From Spirochaetia bacterium (GTDB lineage: Bacteria; Spirochaetota; Spirochaetia; CAKZLE01): a stretch of 64,000 nt of DNA. Every line of letters starts with the position of its first letter. Positions within the stretch are counted from its first letter, which is position 1. The position numbers were made by a program, and so were the translations under genes. Location of the stretch: assembly GCA_963677595.1 (NCBI GenBank), contig OY782041.1, positions 3,520,001-3,584,000 on the forward strand, in the 5' to 3' direction. The notes under the pieces were generated by a model. It was not told where the DNA came from. It was given only the letters and a program-made list of their open reading frames with translations, and searched no databases. Shown here piece after piece: positions 18,422-28,210 of this stretch.

Positions 18422-20098
18422 ATGCACAACACTGAAGGACAATTCATCATCTATCCTGAGTATTCCCGGATTCCACCTGCTGTCGATACCTTTGGGCTGA
18501 CCATTGCGGCTGCCGCTGACGGGTACCTGCCGGCGGAGATCAGGCTCTCCGTGCTGCATCTCACGGACTGCATCCTTGAGGAGCTGATCCACATAGGGGA
18601 GGGCTGCAGGACCGTATCACATACCGTCTCACTCGCGGGGCTGCCGCTCCCGCTGGACGGTCTAGGCCTGGGTATCGAGGCAACCTCGGATACCTGGACA
18701 GCCTCGACTGCCGTGGACCGCGGGAGCGGCCCCGTGCGGTACGGGTTCGTGAGTGACTTCACCCCTGAGGACCGCCGAAGGACCGGGGAAGCCGCGAAGT
18801 TCCTGCTGAGAAACCATATCACGCATGTGCAGTTCTATGACTGGGCATGCCGCCCCCACCAGTTTGGTCCTGAAGACGGCTGCAGCTGGTATGAGGACAC
18901 GATGGGGAAGCCGATCGATCTTACTGTGGTGAAGGAACTGATCGACAGTTTCCGCAGGAGGGGGATGCAAAGCCTGGCCTACGGTGCCGTGTATGCCGCG
19001 ACAGCGGATTATGCCAGGGAACATCCCGAACAGGCCCTTTACGATATCATGGGACAGAGGTTTGACCTCATCGGCAAGTTCTTCATCATGAACCTCAACA
19101 GCAGGGCATGGAGGGATCAGATCCTTGAGCAGTACCGGTATGCCGTGGAAACGGTCGGGTTTGACGGGATCCACATGGATACCTACGGCTACCCGAAATC
19201 TGGCTGGGGCTTCGGTGAGCAGGCGGCACGGTCGCTTGAACCTGACTTCATCTCCTTCATTGATGAATGGGCCCGTCACGGCGATGTGAATATCTTCAAC
19301 AATGTGGGAGGGTGGCCGGCTGCCTCTACTGCCGAGGCTGACCAGGCTGCCTGTTATATCGAGCTGTGGGACCCCTATACCCGCTACCGTCATATACGGG
19401 AACTCATCTGCAGGGTTGGGAATTCAGGGAAACCGGTGGTCCTCGCAGCCTACCTCCTGCCGTTCAAGCCCCGGGATGAGCAGAAACTGGCTGAAGGGCA
19501 CAGCCCGCTTCAGTCAGCCCTGCTGCTGACCGCGGCAGTCTCTTCCCTGGGGGCAACCTCGCTCCTGCTGGGGGAGGACGGTGTCATCCTGACCCAGCCC
19601 TATTATTCAGACTATTCACAGTTGTCTGGGGAGGAGCAGGAGCAGATCCGCCTGTATTATGATCACCAGGTACGGTACCGGGAACTCTTCTATGATCCTG
19701 ATGCGATAGATATCACGGGGAGCCATGTGGTTGGGGCTGACCGTGAATTCTCCATAGCCGCAGGAGACTGCCGGATCACGATTGATGGGGAACCGGGAAG
19801 CCTGTGGGTCATGGCGAAACGGACGGACACGAGAATCGTCCTGAACCTGGTCAACCTTCTAGACCAGGAGGATGACCTCTGGAACCAGGGGAAACGTCCG
19901 TGCGTGAGCAGGCCCGAGGTGACAATCGGGATCCCGAGATACAGTGACCGGATGAGCGTATGGTATACAGAAGCCGGTCATACCAACAGCAGGATGATCC
20001 CCCTTGAGACTTCAGCCTGCCAAGGGGTTCGAGGACCCTCTATCTCATGTACGTTACCTTCCGTAGGTCTATGGACCACCATCGTTTGCGAGCTGTGA
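18422..20098 (+). CDS. GH66 dextranase-family glycoside hydrolase (no signal peptide)
   Basis: QFYDW...H, AYGAVYA, GFDGIHMDTYG, YIELW, VLAAY. Confidence 0.8.
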   Translation: MHNTEGQFIIYPEYSRIPPAVDTFGLTIAAAADGYLPAEIRLSVLHLTDCILEELIHIGEGCRTVSHTVSLAGLPLPLDGLGLGIEATSDTWTASTAVDRGSGPVRYGFVSDFTPEDRRRTGEAAKFLLRNHITHVQFYDWACRPHQFGPEDGCSWYEDTMGKPIDLTVVKELIDSFRRRGMQSLAYGAVYAATADYAREHPEQALYDIMGQRFDLIGKFFIMNLNSRAWRDQILEQYRYAVETVGFDGIHMDTYGYPKSGWGFGEQAARSLEPDFISFIDEWARHGDVNIFNNVGGWPAASTAEADQAACYIELWDPYTRYRHIRELICRVGNSGKPVVLAAYLLPFKPRDEQKLAEGHSPLQSALLLTAAVSSLGATSLLLGEDGVILTQPYYSDYSQLSGEEQEQIRLYYDHQVRYRELFYDPDAIDITGSHVVGADREFSIAAGDCRITIDGEPGSLWVMAKRTDTRIVLNLVNLLDQEDDLWNQGKRPCVSRPEVTIGIPRYSDRMSVWYTEAGHTNSRMIPLETSACQGVRGPSISCTLPSVGLWTTIVCEL

Positions 20099-20127
20099 GG
20101 TGCTCTGCAACAGGTAGTTATTGAATC

Positions 20128-20157
20128 TGGAACCTGATTGTTCAGTTCAGGGTTCCA
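20128..20157 (+). terminator. Hairpin after the GH66 gene
   Basis: TGGAACCTGA...TCAGGGTTCCA imperfect stem; no clear U-tract. Confidence 0.45.
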
Positions 20158-20219
20158 TGCTACAATGGAGACAGGAATCCTACCTGCAGGAGTGGCACTG
20201 CTGAGAACCGAAGGGGGGA

Positions 20220-21314
20220 GTGATGGAGTCTCCAGGGGAAGAGAGAACCAGGTTTCGGGAACGCTGTGAGGAGGCAGTCGAAGACTACCTCAGCCACTAC
20301 TTCTCTTCCCGGGACATCGGGGAGTGCCTGAAACGATCGAGTGGCCGCCTTACAGGCTTCGGTCCGGGGCTTGATGATGGCTGCTTCTCCTTCGACCAGA
20401 GCCTCGAGCTCCTCCAGCGCGATTTCAGCCGGGTCCCCTCAGGCATCACCTGTATCGTCAGGCAGCAGAGGATCTCTCCCCTGTCTGAAGACCTGTTCAT
20501 CTGCATGGCCATGCTCGATCTCACCTATCCCACGGCAGACCAGGTAGGGAAGCGGCAGGACGGCCTCAGGATGACGCTCATCGTAAGGCTGATCGATGAC
20601 GGCTATCTCATAGAACATATGCATACCTCAGTACCTACCGATGGGGAGACCGTGACGGTGCGGAAAGCCCAATCCGGGGAGCTGCTCTCCGGGCTTGAGG
20701 GGGTGCTCGAGGAGTATCATGTACAAGATATACAGTCAGCCTACCATGAACTCGAGGTGATGCTCAGCATCGATGTACTGACCGGCTTGAGATCAAGGCT
20801 CAGGATGGACGAACTCCTCGTCGATGAACTCAAGCGAGCTTCGAGGTATGACACCACCTTCTCCCTGATCATGGTGGACCTCGACGACTTCAAGCTGGTC
20901 AATGACAGTTTCGGCCACCTGTTCGGCGACTATATCCTCAAGCGGTTCGGCAAGCTTCTGCAAACCTCACTCCGTGAGACCGATGCCGCAGGACGCTGGG
21001 GCGGGGATGAGTTCATCCTCATGCTTCCCCAGACGGATGAGGAGCATGCCCTCATCGTCATGAGGAAGCTGCTCGACCGGTATGGTCACGACACGCTGGA
21101 AGCCTGCATGGAGCAGTACCGGCTCGACCACCCTGAACTCGAGCTCGGGTGCGGCTGTGAGCGCCTCAGGCGTGAGCTTGCCCAATTCCCCTTCAGTCGC
21201 CTCTCCTTCTCCTACGGGATCACGGAATACCAGGTCTCAGATACCATCCCGAGGATGGTCAACCGTGCAGACCTCAGGCTGTTTCGGATGAAGTGTGACA
21301 AGAAGTCGGACTGA
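20220..21314 (+). CDS. Diguanylate cyclase with N-terminal SnoaL/NTF2-like domain
   Basis: DLDDFKLVNDSFGH, RETD I-site, GGDEF; N-terminal domain ends IEHMHTSVP. Confidence 0.85.
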   Translation: MMESPGEERTRFRERCEEAVEDYLSHYFSSRDIGECLKRSSGRLTGFGPGLDDGCFSFDQSLELLQRDFSRVPSGITCIVRQQRISPLSEDLFICMAMLDLTYPTADQVGKRQDGLRMTLIVRLIDDGYLIEHMHTSVPTDGETVTVRKAQSGELLSGLEGVLEEYHVQDIQSAYHELEVMLSIDVLTGLRSRLRMDELLVDELKRASRYDTTFSLIMVDLDDFKLVNDSFGHLFGDYILKRFGKLLQTSLRETDAAGRWGGDEFILMLPQTDEEHALIVMRKLLDRYGHDTLEACMEQYRLDHPELELGCGCERLRRELAQFPFSRLSFSYGITEYQVSDTIPRMVNRADLRLFRMKCDKKSD

Positions 21315-22164
21315 TCTTCCATACCAGCCTGAACAGGCTGAACCCCGTCATGACCCAGATCACCGGGATGATGCAAATCGCGGGAAAGATCTCTGCCCCG
21401 TACAGGCCCATCGCGACCAGTTTCGCGATCAGGGCCGCCATGAGGAAGAGGAGAAACACCAAATAGACCGGGCCGAGCAGGAACCCGAGGGGCTTCCTCC
21501 GGTAGAGGAGGATGCCGCTCACTGCCGAGAGCGGGAGCAGCAGCCCCAGGTCGAACCCCTGTACGATCAGGGTGGTGTAGTGGTCAACCTCGTCCGGGTA
21601 GAGGGATCCGTCCAGCAGGGGCGGGAGGATGGCGCTGAGCCAGAGTAAGAAGATGAGGGATGCGTTGATGACCAGGAACACCCCGCCAAGCCGTACGGGC
21701 GGGTTGCCGGCGAAGTGACTCATCGGCTTCCGGGCATGCAATGAGAAGAGCTGCAGGGCAAGCGAGAAGAAGCTCAAGCCCATCAGTGCGACATAGATGA
21801 GGAAGAGCTCATGGTACATGGCCATCGCTGTATAGAAGAGATAGGTCACGAAGAGGTAGAAGGTGATCCCTGCACTGAAGAGTTGGGCACGGATCGAACC
21901 TCGGAGTGAAAGGACCAGGGACAACACCAAGGCCGGGAGGGCAGCGAAGAGGGTGATGTAGTCCTGTGCGATCCCCTGGATCGCGACGTCGGCCGACATG
22001 TGTCGGTAGATCCCTGTTCCATGGAGGGTGACCTCCTCCCCGCGTACGCTCGTGTACGCATAGTGTCCGTCACTGCCTGCGGCGCGTATGCCCGTGACGG
22101 CGGCTGCTGCCGCCAGGATGACGATCAGGATCGTCAGTACTACTATGGTCTTTCGGTTAGTCAT
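21274..22164 (-). CDS. Hypothetical multi-pass membrane protein
   Basis: About 7-8 hydrophobic segments; coupled to the upstream TetR gene. Confidence 0.75.
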   Translation of the reverse strand: MTNRKTIVVLTILIVILAAAAAVTGIRAAGSDGHYAYTSVRGEEVTLHGTGIYRHMSADVAIQGIAQDYITLFAALPALVLSLVLSLRGSIRAQLFSAGITFYLFVTYLFYTAMAMYHELFLIYVALMGLSFFSLALQLFSLHARKPMSHFAGNPPVRLGGVFLVINASLIFLLWLSAILPPLLDGSLYPDEVDHYTTLIVQGFDLGLLLPLSAVSGILLYRRKPLGFLLGPVYLVFLLFLMAALIAKLVAMGLYGAEIFPAICIIPVIWVMTGFSLFRLVWKISPTSCHTSSETA

Positions 22165-22745
22165 GCTTCTTCCTCCTGTTGGGTAAAGATCAGCTTCCTG
22201 ATCAGTGCGGCTTCCTGGAGTATCTCCTCCCGGAGGCCGGGATCAGCTCCTGCGGTCCTGCCCATGACGACTTTCGAGAGTACGCCATGCAGGTAGCTGT
22301 GGAACATGCGGGTCTTCCTCCTCACCTCCGGTGTATGGGGGTACTGCATGCTGAACCACTGCTCCATGACCGCCCCGGGCCTGCCGAGAACGGCGATGAT
22401 CTCGGCAGGCGGAGCCCCGGGCATCTGCTCCATCCAGATCAGGCGATACCATGATGGATGGTTGAGGGCGAAATCGACATAGAGTTCCGGTATATCACAG
22501 GAGAGGAGGGAGTCAGGATCCAGGGGGCCGGCAGTAGCCAGCATGCGCCTGAGGGCCTCTGCAAGGGTGAACCAGGTCAGCTCCCCATAATTGCTGACAT
22601 AGTTGTAGACATTGGTATGGGCACAGCCGACCCGTTTGGCAACCTGCCTGAGATTAATGTCCCGGAAGGGAATCCCCTCGGTGAGCATCTCCAGCACCAT
22701 GCCGGTGAATACGTCCCTGTCCAGGTTCTTTCGTCGTTCTGCCAT
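22161..22745 (-). CDS. TetR/AcrR family regulator
   Basis: INLRQVAKRVGCAHTNVYNY HTH. Confidence 0.85.
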   Translation of the reverse strand: MAERRKNLDRDVFTGMVLEMLTEGIPFRDINLRQVAKRVGCAHTNVYNYVSNYGELTWFTLAEALRRMLATAGPLDPDSLLSCDIPELYVDFALNHPSWYRLIWMEQMPGAPPAEIIAVLGRPGAVMEQWFSMQYPHTPEVRRKTRMFHSYLHGVLSKVVMGRTAGADPGLREEILQEAALIRKLIFTQQEEEA

Positions 22746-22851
22746 AGGATGAACTCCTCGTATACGAATGAATGTATTACCATTGGTAATTACCAGTGGT
22801 AATATAACACTGGAACGGTACCCTGTCAAGGAGAAATATACCAGATAGATG

Positions 22852-24162
22852 TTAGCCCCTGCGGATGGATCGGGTCTTCAGGAAGAGGAAGAGCGTTTCG
22901 ATGATATAGGAGATGGAGAAGGAGACGGCTGCCGCATAGATGCCAGTGAAGTGAAGGCCGCTGGTGAGGGTGACGAGCAGCGACATCATCGTCACGACGT
23001 TAAGCACCACACCGGTCGTGATGACTGAGGTCCGGTGATGGATGACCAGCAGACCGCGGCTGAAGGAGACGATCGCGTAGCAGAAGGGTGTGACAGACAG
23101 GAATGCGAGGGTGAGCGGTATGAAGCGCATCAACTCCTGCGGTATCCCTGAGATCAGGACGAACCAGAACTCCTTGGCAGGAGTCAGGCCGATGACCATG
23201 CAGGCTGCCGTCAGGACCAGTGCTACCCGCATGACGAAGGAGGAGATCACCTTCAGGGTATCGTGGTCCTTCTGCTGTGCGATGACGATCTCCTGCAGCG
23301 AGAGCGATATAGACGTGAATATGAACATGAAGCCGAGGGTCACTGGCCAGAGGGCGAGGGACTCCAGCGGGAAGAGGCCCCTGGCTATCCCGAAACTGTG
23401 GAGTGGACGTGCGCCGAGCGTGATCAGGGAGGTGAGGGCGAGCGGGAAGTAGAACCGCATGATCTCCCCGGACGGCATGGGAGGGAACTCCCCGTCAGGA
23501 TCCCCTTCCGGCATGAGGTCTCGGATGACAGGCTGTGCGAAGTACCAGGCGGCGATCATCCCGGCAGTGACCCCTACCGTGAGTGAGAGTCCCCCGATCA
23601 CACCCCCGGGAAGTGTCTTGATGACCAGCCCAGTGAGGAGGACCACTGCCGCGACACCGAGCCTGATGTACATGATGATGGGGACGCCCCTGGTACGGTT
23701 GTACCGGATCAGCACACCCTGCCAGAGCCTCCGGTAGCCGACAGCGGCAGACCAGGGGATCATCATGGCAAAACTCCGGTAGGAGGGACCGATGATCTCT
23801 TCGGGTAAGCCCATGAGCGTGCCGGAGAACCAGTTAAACACTGAAGGGATGCAGAGGATGATGTGGACGACCGTGATCATGGCCCCAAGCGCGTGCATGA
23901 TGGACAGCAGCCTCCGGTAGGAGTGCCGGTCCCTGGCAAGCGCGGTAGCTGCAGAGAGCATCTGGACGATCGGCCCCTCGATGAAGAGCGCCAGGGAATA
24001 GGCATAGCCGAAGGCAGCCAGCTCGATCGTGGGGTTCGATAACCGAGAGATCACTGCCGTCACGGCAGGCTGTTCCACGGCCATGACGATCCACATGATA
24101 GCGAGCGGGATCCAGAGGGAGAAGAGGCGCTTCTGTGTAAGAGGTACTGATACAGTTTCCAT
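22852..24162 (-). CDS. MATE/MOP-superfamily (ANKH-like) membrane transporter
   Basis: About 12 TM with two-fold internal repeat (WIPLA / YFPLA); ELAAFG. Confidence 0.7.
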   Translation of the reverse strand: METVSVPLTQKRLFSLWIPLAIMWIVMAVEQPAVTAVISRLSNPTIELAAFGYAYSLALFIEGPIVQMLSAATALARDRHSYRRLLSIMHALGAMITVVHIILCIPSVFNWFSGTLMGLPEEIIGPSYRSFAMMIPWSAAVGYRRLWQGVLIRYNRTRGVPIIMYIRLGVAAVVLLTGLVIKTLPGGVIGGLSLTVGVTAGMIAAWYFAQPVIRDLMPEGDPDGEFPPMPSGEIMRFYFPLALTSLITLGARPLHSFGIARGLFPLESLALWPVTLGFMFIFTSISLSLQEIVIAQQKDHDTLKVISSFVMRVALVLTAACMVIGLTPAKEFWFVLISGIPQELMRFIPLTLAFLSVTPFCYAIVSFSRGLLVIHHRTSVITTGVVLNVVTMMSLLVTLTSGLHFTGIYAAAVSFSISYIIETLFLFLKTRSIRRG

Positions 24163-24238
24163 TGATGAGACAGTCTACCGGTTTGCAGGGGTTATGGCTA
24201 GAGGGAAAGCGGTTATGTCAATTGGATGGTTTTACCAG

Positions 24239-25030
24239 TTAATCCACCACGATACAGGTCACTCCCTCTTGTGCAAGTCTTTCTGTTAACTTTCTGTCTG
24301 TTAGGGGTTTTTCCGTGATGATATAATCAAGCTTCGAGAATTCAGCAAAGAGGTTGATACCGGAATTTGAGAACTTGGAGGAATCAATGACTGCGAACAC
24401 AGTCTTCGATGATTCGATCATGCACATCTTGAGCGTAGCTTCAAAGAGACTCAGGGAAGCCATGCCAATATCTGGCTGAACGCCGCTGGCAGCAATGAAA
24501 GCTTTGTTCACTGCGACTTTCCGAAAAAAGGCTTCAGCATCCGGTCCCTGAGTGGACATGTTCTTGCTGAACAGGATACCACCGGAAAGGGAGACTGATA
24601 CTTCCGTATTGGCAAGGATATTTGCTACGGGGATGGAGTTAGTGAGAACCGAAAGGTTCTTCCTGTCTACCAGGAGTTTTGCAATCTCGATCGTGGTTGT
24701 CCCGGAGTCCAGGATGATCGAGTCCCCATCCTCGATGAACTTCACGGCTTCCGCAGCTATAAGCTGTTTTGCCCGCTTATGAATCTCGCAGCGTGCCTCA
24801 AAAGCGGTTAATTCACTCGTTCTCGTGATGTGAGCTTCGCCCCGCTTCCGGAAGATGAGATTCGCTTCTTCAAGCGCTGCCAGGTCTTTCCGTATCGTGG
24901 CGGTGGAGACATCAAACAGCGGGAAAAGTTCCTGTACGTTGACCGAAGTCTTCTCCTTTATGATCTCAAGAAGTTCCTGCTGGCGTTTTGTCATTTGTCT
25001 GCTTTTCACTCTACCACCCTCGTATCGCAT
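24239..25030 (-). CDS. DeoR/GlpR family regulator
   Basis: VSTATIRKDL HTH, ILDSGTT, DSSKF; true start may be 25009 or 24994. Confidence 0.92.
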   Translation of the reverse strand: MRYEGGRVKSRQMTKRQQELLEIIKEKTSVNVQELFPLFDVSTATIRKDLAALEEANLIFRKRGEAHITRTSELTAFEARCEIHKRAKQLIAAEAVKFIEDGDSIILDSGTTTIEIAKLLVDRKNLSVLTNSIPVANILANTEVSVSLSGGILFSKNMSTQGPDAEAFFRKVAVNKAFIAASGVQPDIGMASLSLFEATLKMCMIESSKTVFAVIDSSKFSNSGINLFAEFSKLDYIITEKPLTDRKLTERLAQEGVTCIVVD

Positions 25031-25309
25031 ATCCGGTTTCTATCTTATAAAAGCACATGAAACTAAAAGAAGTTCATATGAAAGATCTCTGCTCAGAATC
25101 ATCCCTGACCGTCTATACCATTTATCAGTATAATACAATACAAGTTAGGGTAATGCAAGTTTTATTATTCAATTATGCCTAGAAGTGAAAGATTATAAAA
25201 GAAAATAAAAACAAATAAAATAATATTTGACAGATAAGAAATGCTATGCAACAATAAAACAACCTAATGAACAAATAAACGTTACTGACAGGGAAACAGG
25301 AGAGGATGA

Positions 25310-26260
25310 ATGGGGATTATCTGTGTTGGGGAGATGGTTGCTGATATCGTGGTGCATCCGGTAGATGCGATTGACTTCACCGTAGACAGTATGCTGGTCG
25401 ATGATATAGCACTGAAGAGCGGTGGAGACGCATTGAATGTTTCGCTGAACCTGGCGAAACTTGGTGTGCCTGTAAGCTTTCAGGGTAAAGCAGGAAATGA
25501 TATGTTCGGGCAGTTCCTGCTGGATAATGCAGAACGGACAGGAGTAGATGTCTCCCGATGCAGCAGATCTGAGAAGCGTCCGAACTCCAAGGTCGTCGGT
25601 TTGGTTCGCGAGAATGGAGAACGATGCTTTCTTCATTACCACGGAAGCAATGAAGAACTCAGTCTGGACGATATAGACCAGGGCCTGTTTTCCACAGCCG
25701 AACATCTGCATATCGGAGGATTCTACCATCTCCCTGAATTCGATGGTAACCCAGCAGCAGCATTGCTGAAAGCTGCGAAAGAAGCAGGGCTTACCACGTC
25801 CATGGATGTAGCCTGGTCTCAGAAGGGGAAGTGGCTGGAACTGATCAGTCCCTCACTCCCATACCTGGATTATTTCATTCCCAGCTTGAATGAGGCTCAG
25901 GAGATCACTGGTGCGGAGAAACCTGAGGAGATCGCCACCATCCTTGCTGATCATGGGATATCTGTTGTCATACTGAAACTTGGAAGTGCCGGCAGCTTCT
26001 GCAGGACTGCAGAAAGATCTTTTTATAGCAGTGCCTTTCCATCACCCGCCCTTGATACGACTGGAGCTGGTGATGCGTTCGTCTCTGGGATACTCACAGG
26101 GTTGTACAGGAAGATGAACATCGAGGATGCAATCACTCTGGGTACCGCTGTTGCTGACTTTGTCGTGCGAAAGCTTGGTGCGACAGATGGTACTCCCGAT
26201 TTCGAGACAGTATCGAACTATATTCAGACTCAAGAGGAGCTTAAACGTACATATGTCTAA
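25310..26260 (+). CDS. PfkB-family carbohydrate kinase
   Basis: GGDALN, DTTGAGDAF. Confidence 0.92.
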   Translation: MGIICVGEMVADIVVHPVDAIDFTVDSMLVDDIALKSGGDALNVSLNLAKLGVPVSFQGKAGNDMFGQFLLDNAERTGVDVSRCSRSEKRPNSKVVGLVRENGERCFLHYHGSNEELSLDDIDQGLFSTAEHLHIGGFYHLPEFDGNPAAALLKAAKEAGLTTSMDVAWSQKGKWLELISPSLPYLDYFIPSLNEAQEITGAEKPEEIATILADHGISVVILKLGSAGSFCRTAERSFYSSAFPSPALDTTGAGDAFVSGILTGLYRKMNIEDAITLGTAVADFVVRKLGATDGTPDFETVSNYIQTQEELKRTYV

Positions 26261-27137
26261 ACAAGATGAGAATAAGAAACAGTCATTGATACATATTGCC
26301 GATTCAGCAGGTTTCGCCATACCGGCATTCAACTACTCTGACCTTTGGGAGTACCTGGCGATCGTAGAAGCTGCTGATGAACTTGATGCCTGTGTGTATA
26401 CTGCCTCGAACATGCAGTCGGTGGAGACGAACAGGGTAGAGTACTGCGGTGCCGTTGGGAAAGAAACCTTCTCCCTCACCTCCGGTACCGTTTTTAATCA
26501 CCTTGATCATTCCAAGAGTGTCGAACTCTGTCTGGCGGCTATCGACAGCGGGTATCAATCAGTGATGATCGATGCTTCTACAGAAACCCTGAAAAAGAAT
26601 ATTTCAATGGTGCTGCAGGTCGTGGAGTATGCGCATGCGAACGGGGTCCTGGTTGAGGCAGAGATCGGTAGGATCATGGGCTCGAACGAGGAAGGAACCT
26701 ATACCGGCGGGGCGTTCCTGGCCGATGTCGGGGAGTGTATCGAACTCGTGGAGAGGACAGGGGTGGATTCCTTAGCTGTTGGTATCGGGAATGCTCATGG
26801 CTTCTATAAGACAGAACCTAAGATCTATACGCAGCGGCTGAAAGAGATCAATGATGTGATAGAGATCCCGCTCGTCCTCCACGGGAGTACAGGAATACCG
26901 TATGACGTGGTCAAAGAATGTATTTCTCTGGGTATGGCAAAAGTCAATGTAGGAACCCTCCTGCACAGGACGTATCTTGACCAGCTTAAGCATGAACTGC
27001 TCTCGAATTCCGGAAATAACGTTATTGATGTGATGCTTCCGGTCAAAGAAGCGATCAAGGATGCTGTCAAGGAATGGATTCGCGTCTGTGCCGCAGACGG
27101 GACCAGAAAATTAATCATGAATGGGGTGGCTGTATGA
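26253..27137 (+). CDS. Class II ketose-bisphosphate aldolase
   Basis: HLDH, SVMIDAS, GNAHG, LVLHGSTG, KVNV. Confidence 0.92.
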   Translation: MSKQDENKKQSLIHIADSAGFAIPAFNYSDLWEYLAIVEAADELDACVYTASNMQSVETNRVEYCGAVGKETFSLTSGTVFNHLDHSKSVELCLAAIDSGYQSVMIDASTETLKKNISMVLQVVEYAHANGVLVEAEIGRIMGSNEEGTYTGGAFLADVGECIELVERTGVDSLAVGIGNAHGFYKTEPKIYTQRLKEINDVIEIPLVLHGSTGIPYDVVKECISLGMAKVNVGTLLHRTYLDQLKHELLSNSGNNVIDVMLPVKEAIKDAVKEWIRVCAADGTRKLIMNGVAV

Positions 27138-28159
27138 AGATGAACGCTGTGCTGTATGAAGGGAACCCTGAGATGGTTCTACGAGAGATCGATGCTGCAC
27201 CTGTTGGTGACCACGATGTGCTGATCGAGATTGACACTGCGACTATCTGCGGTACGGACCTCCACATTCTCGACGGGAAGTTCGAGGTAGCTCCCCCTGT
27301 CGTTCTGGGACATGAATTCTCAGGCTACGTCAGGGAGACGGGAACCCTCGTCAAGAACTGCAAAGTCGGTGACCTGGTCTCGGTAGAACCCCATATCTAC
27401 TGCGGGGTCTGCAAGTACTGCAGGATCGGTAAACCGAATCTCTGCACCGATAGAAAGGCCTGGGGGATCCATCTCAATGGAGGGTTCGGGCAGTTCGTGA
27501 CGGCACGAGATGATACCGTCTACACGATCCCTGCAGAGAGCGGCATAACGGCTGAGGATGCTGCGTTGGCTGAGACTATCGGATGCTGTCTCAACGGGAT
27601 CCAGAATGCACGGATCAGTACTGGTGATACCGTAGTAATACTCGGAGGGGGTGCGGCAGGCATCTTGCTTGCAGAGTTGGCAGTACTCCGGGGAGCCGCG
27701 AAGCTGATCATATCAGAACCTTCTACACACAGGAGAGAGTTTCTCTCGAAACGGGGTTATACCAGGATAGTCGATCCGCTCAATGAATCACTGAAAGAGG
27801 TCGTCCTATCAATGACCGGGGGCTATGGTGCTGATGTAGTCATCGATGCCGCTGGAAGAAAGGAGACTGCGGAACAGACGGTTCACCTGCTGGGACGGGG
27901 TGGTCGTGCCGTCCTGTTCGGGGTGGTCGCCCCGGGGGTGAAGATCGAGATAGAGCCTAACTACCTCTATGCGAATGAGATCTCCCTGATCGGATCGGTT
28001 CGGAATCCGTACGTGCACCACCAGGTGATGGAGATCATGCCGAGAATGAACCTGGAGGGGATCATATCCCATCGGTTCCCCCTTGACCAGTTCGAGGATG
28101 CTTTCCGGGTAGCCAGGGGCGGTGATGGACTCAAGGTCGCAATCACCCCCAACAGATAG
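27134..28159 (+). CDS. Zn-dependent polyol/alcohol dehydrogenase (MDR)
   Basis: CGTD, GHE, CGVCKYC...C structural Zn site. Confidence 0.92.
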   Translation: MKMNAVLYEGNPEMVLREIDAAPVGDHDVLIEIDTATICGTDLHILDGKFEVAPPVVLGHEFSGYVRETGTLVKNCKVGDLVSVEPHIYCGVCKYCRIGKPNLCTDRKAWGIHLNGGFGQFVTARDDTVYTIPAESGITAEDAALAETIGCCLNGIQNARISTGDTVVILGGGAAGILLAELAVLRGAAKLIISEPSTHRREFLSKRGYTRIVDPLNESLKEVVLSMTGGYGADVVIDAAGRKETAEQTVHLLGRGGRAVLFGVVAPGVKIEIEPNYLYANEISLIGSVRNPYVHHQVMEIMPRMNLEGIISHRFPLDQFEDAFRVARGGDGLKVAITPNR

Positions 28160-28210
28160 TTTTGAGCTAATAACAATGTATATTGTTAGAAATATAAAAT
28201 GGAGGAAATC

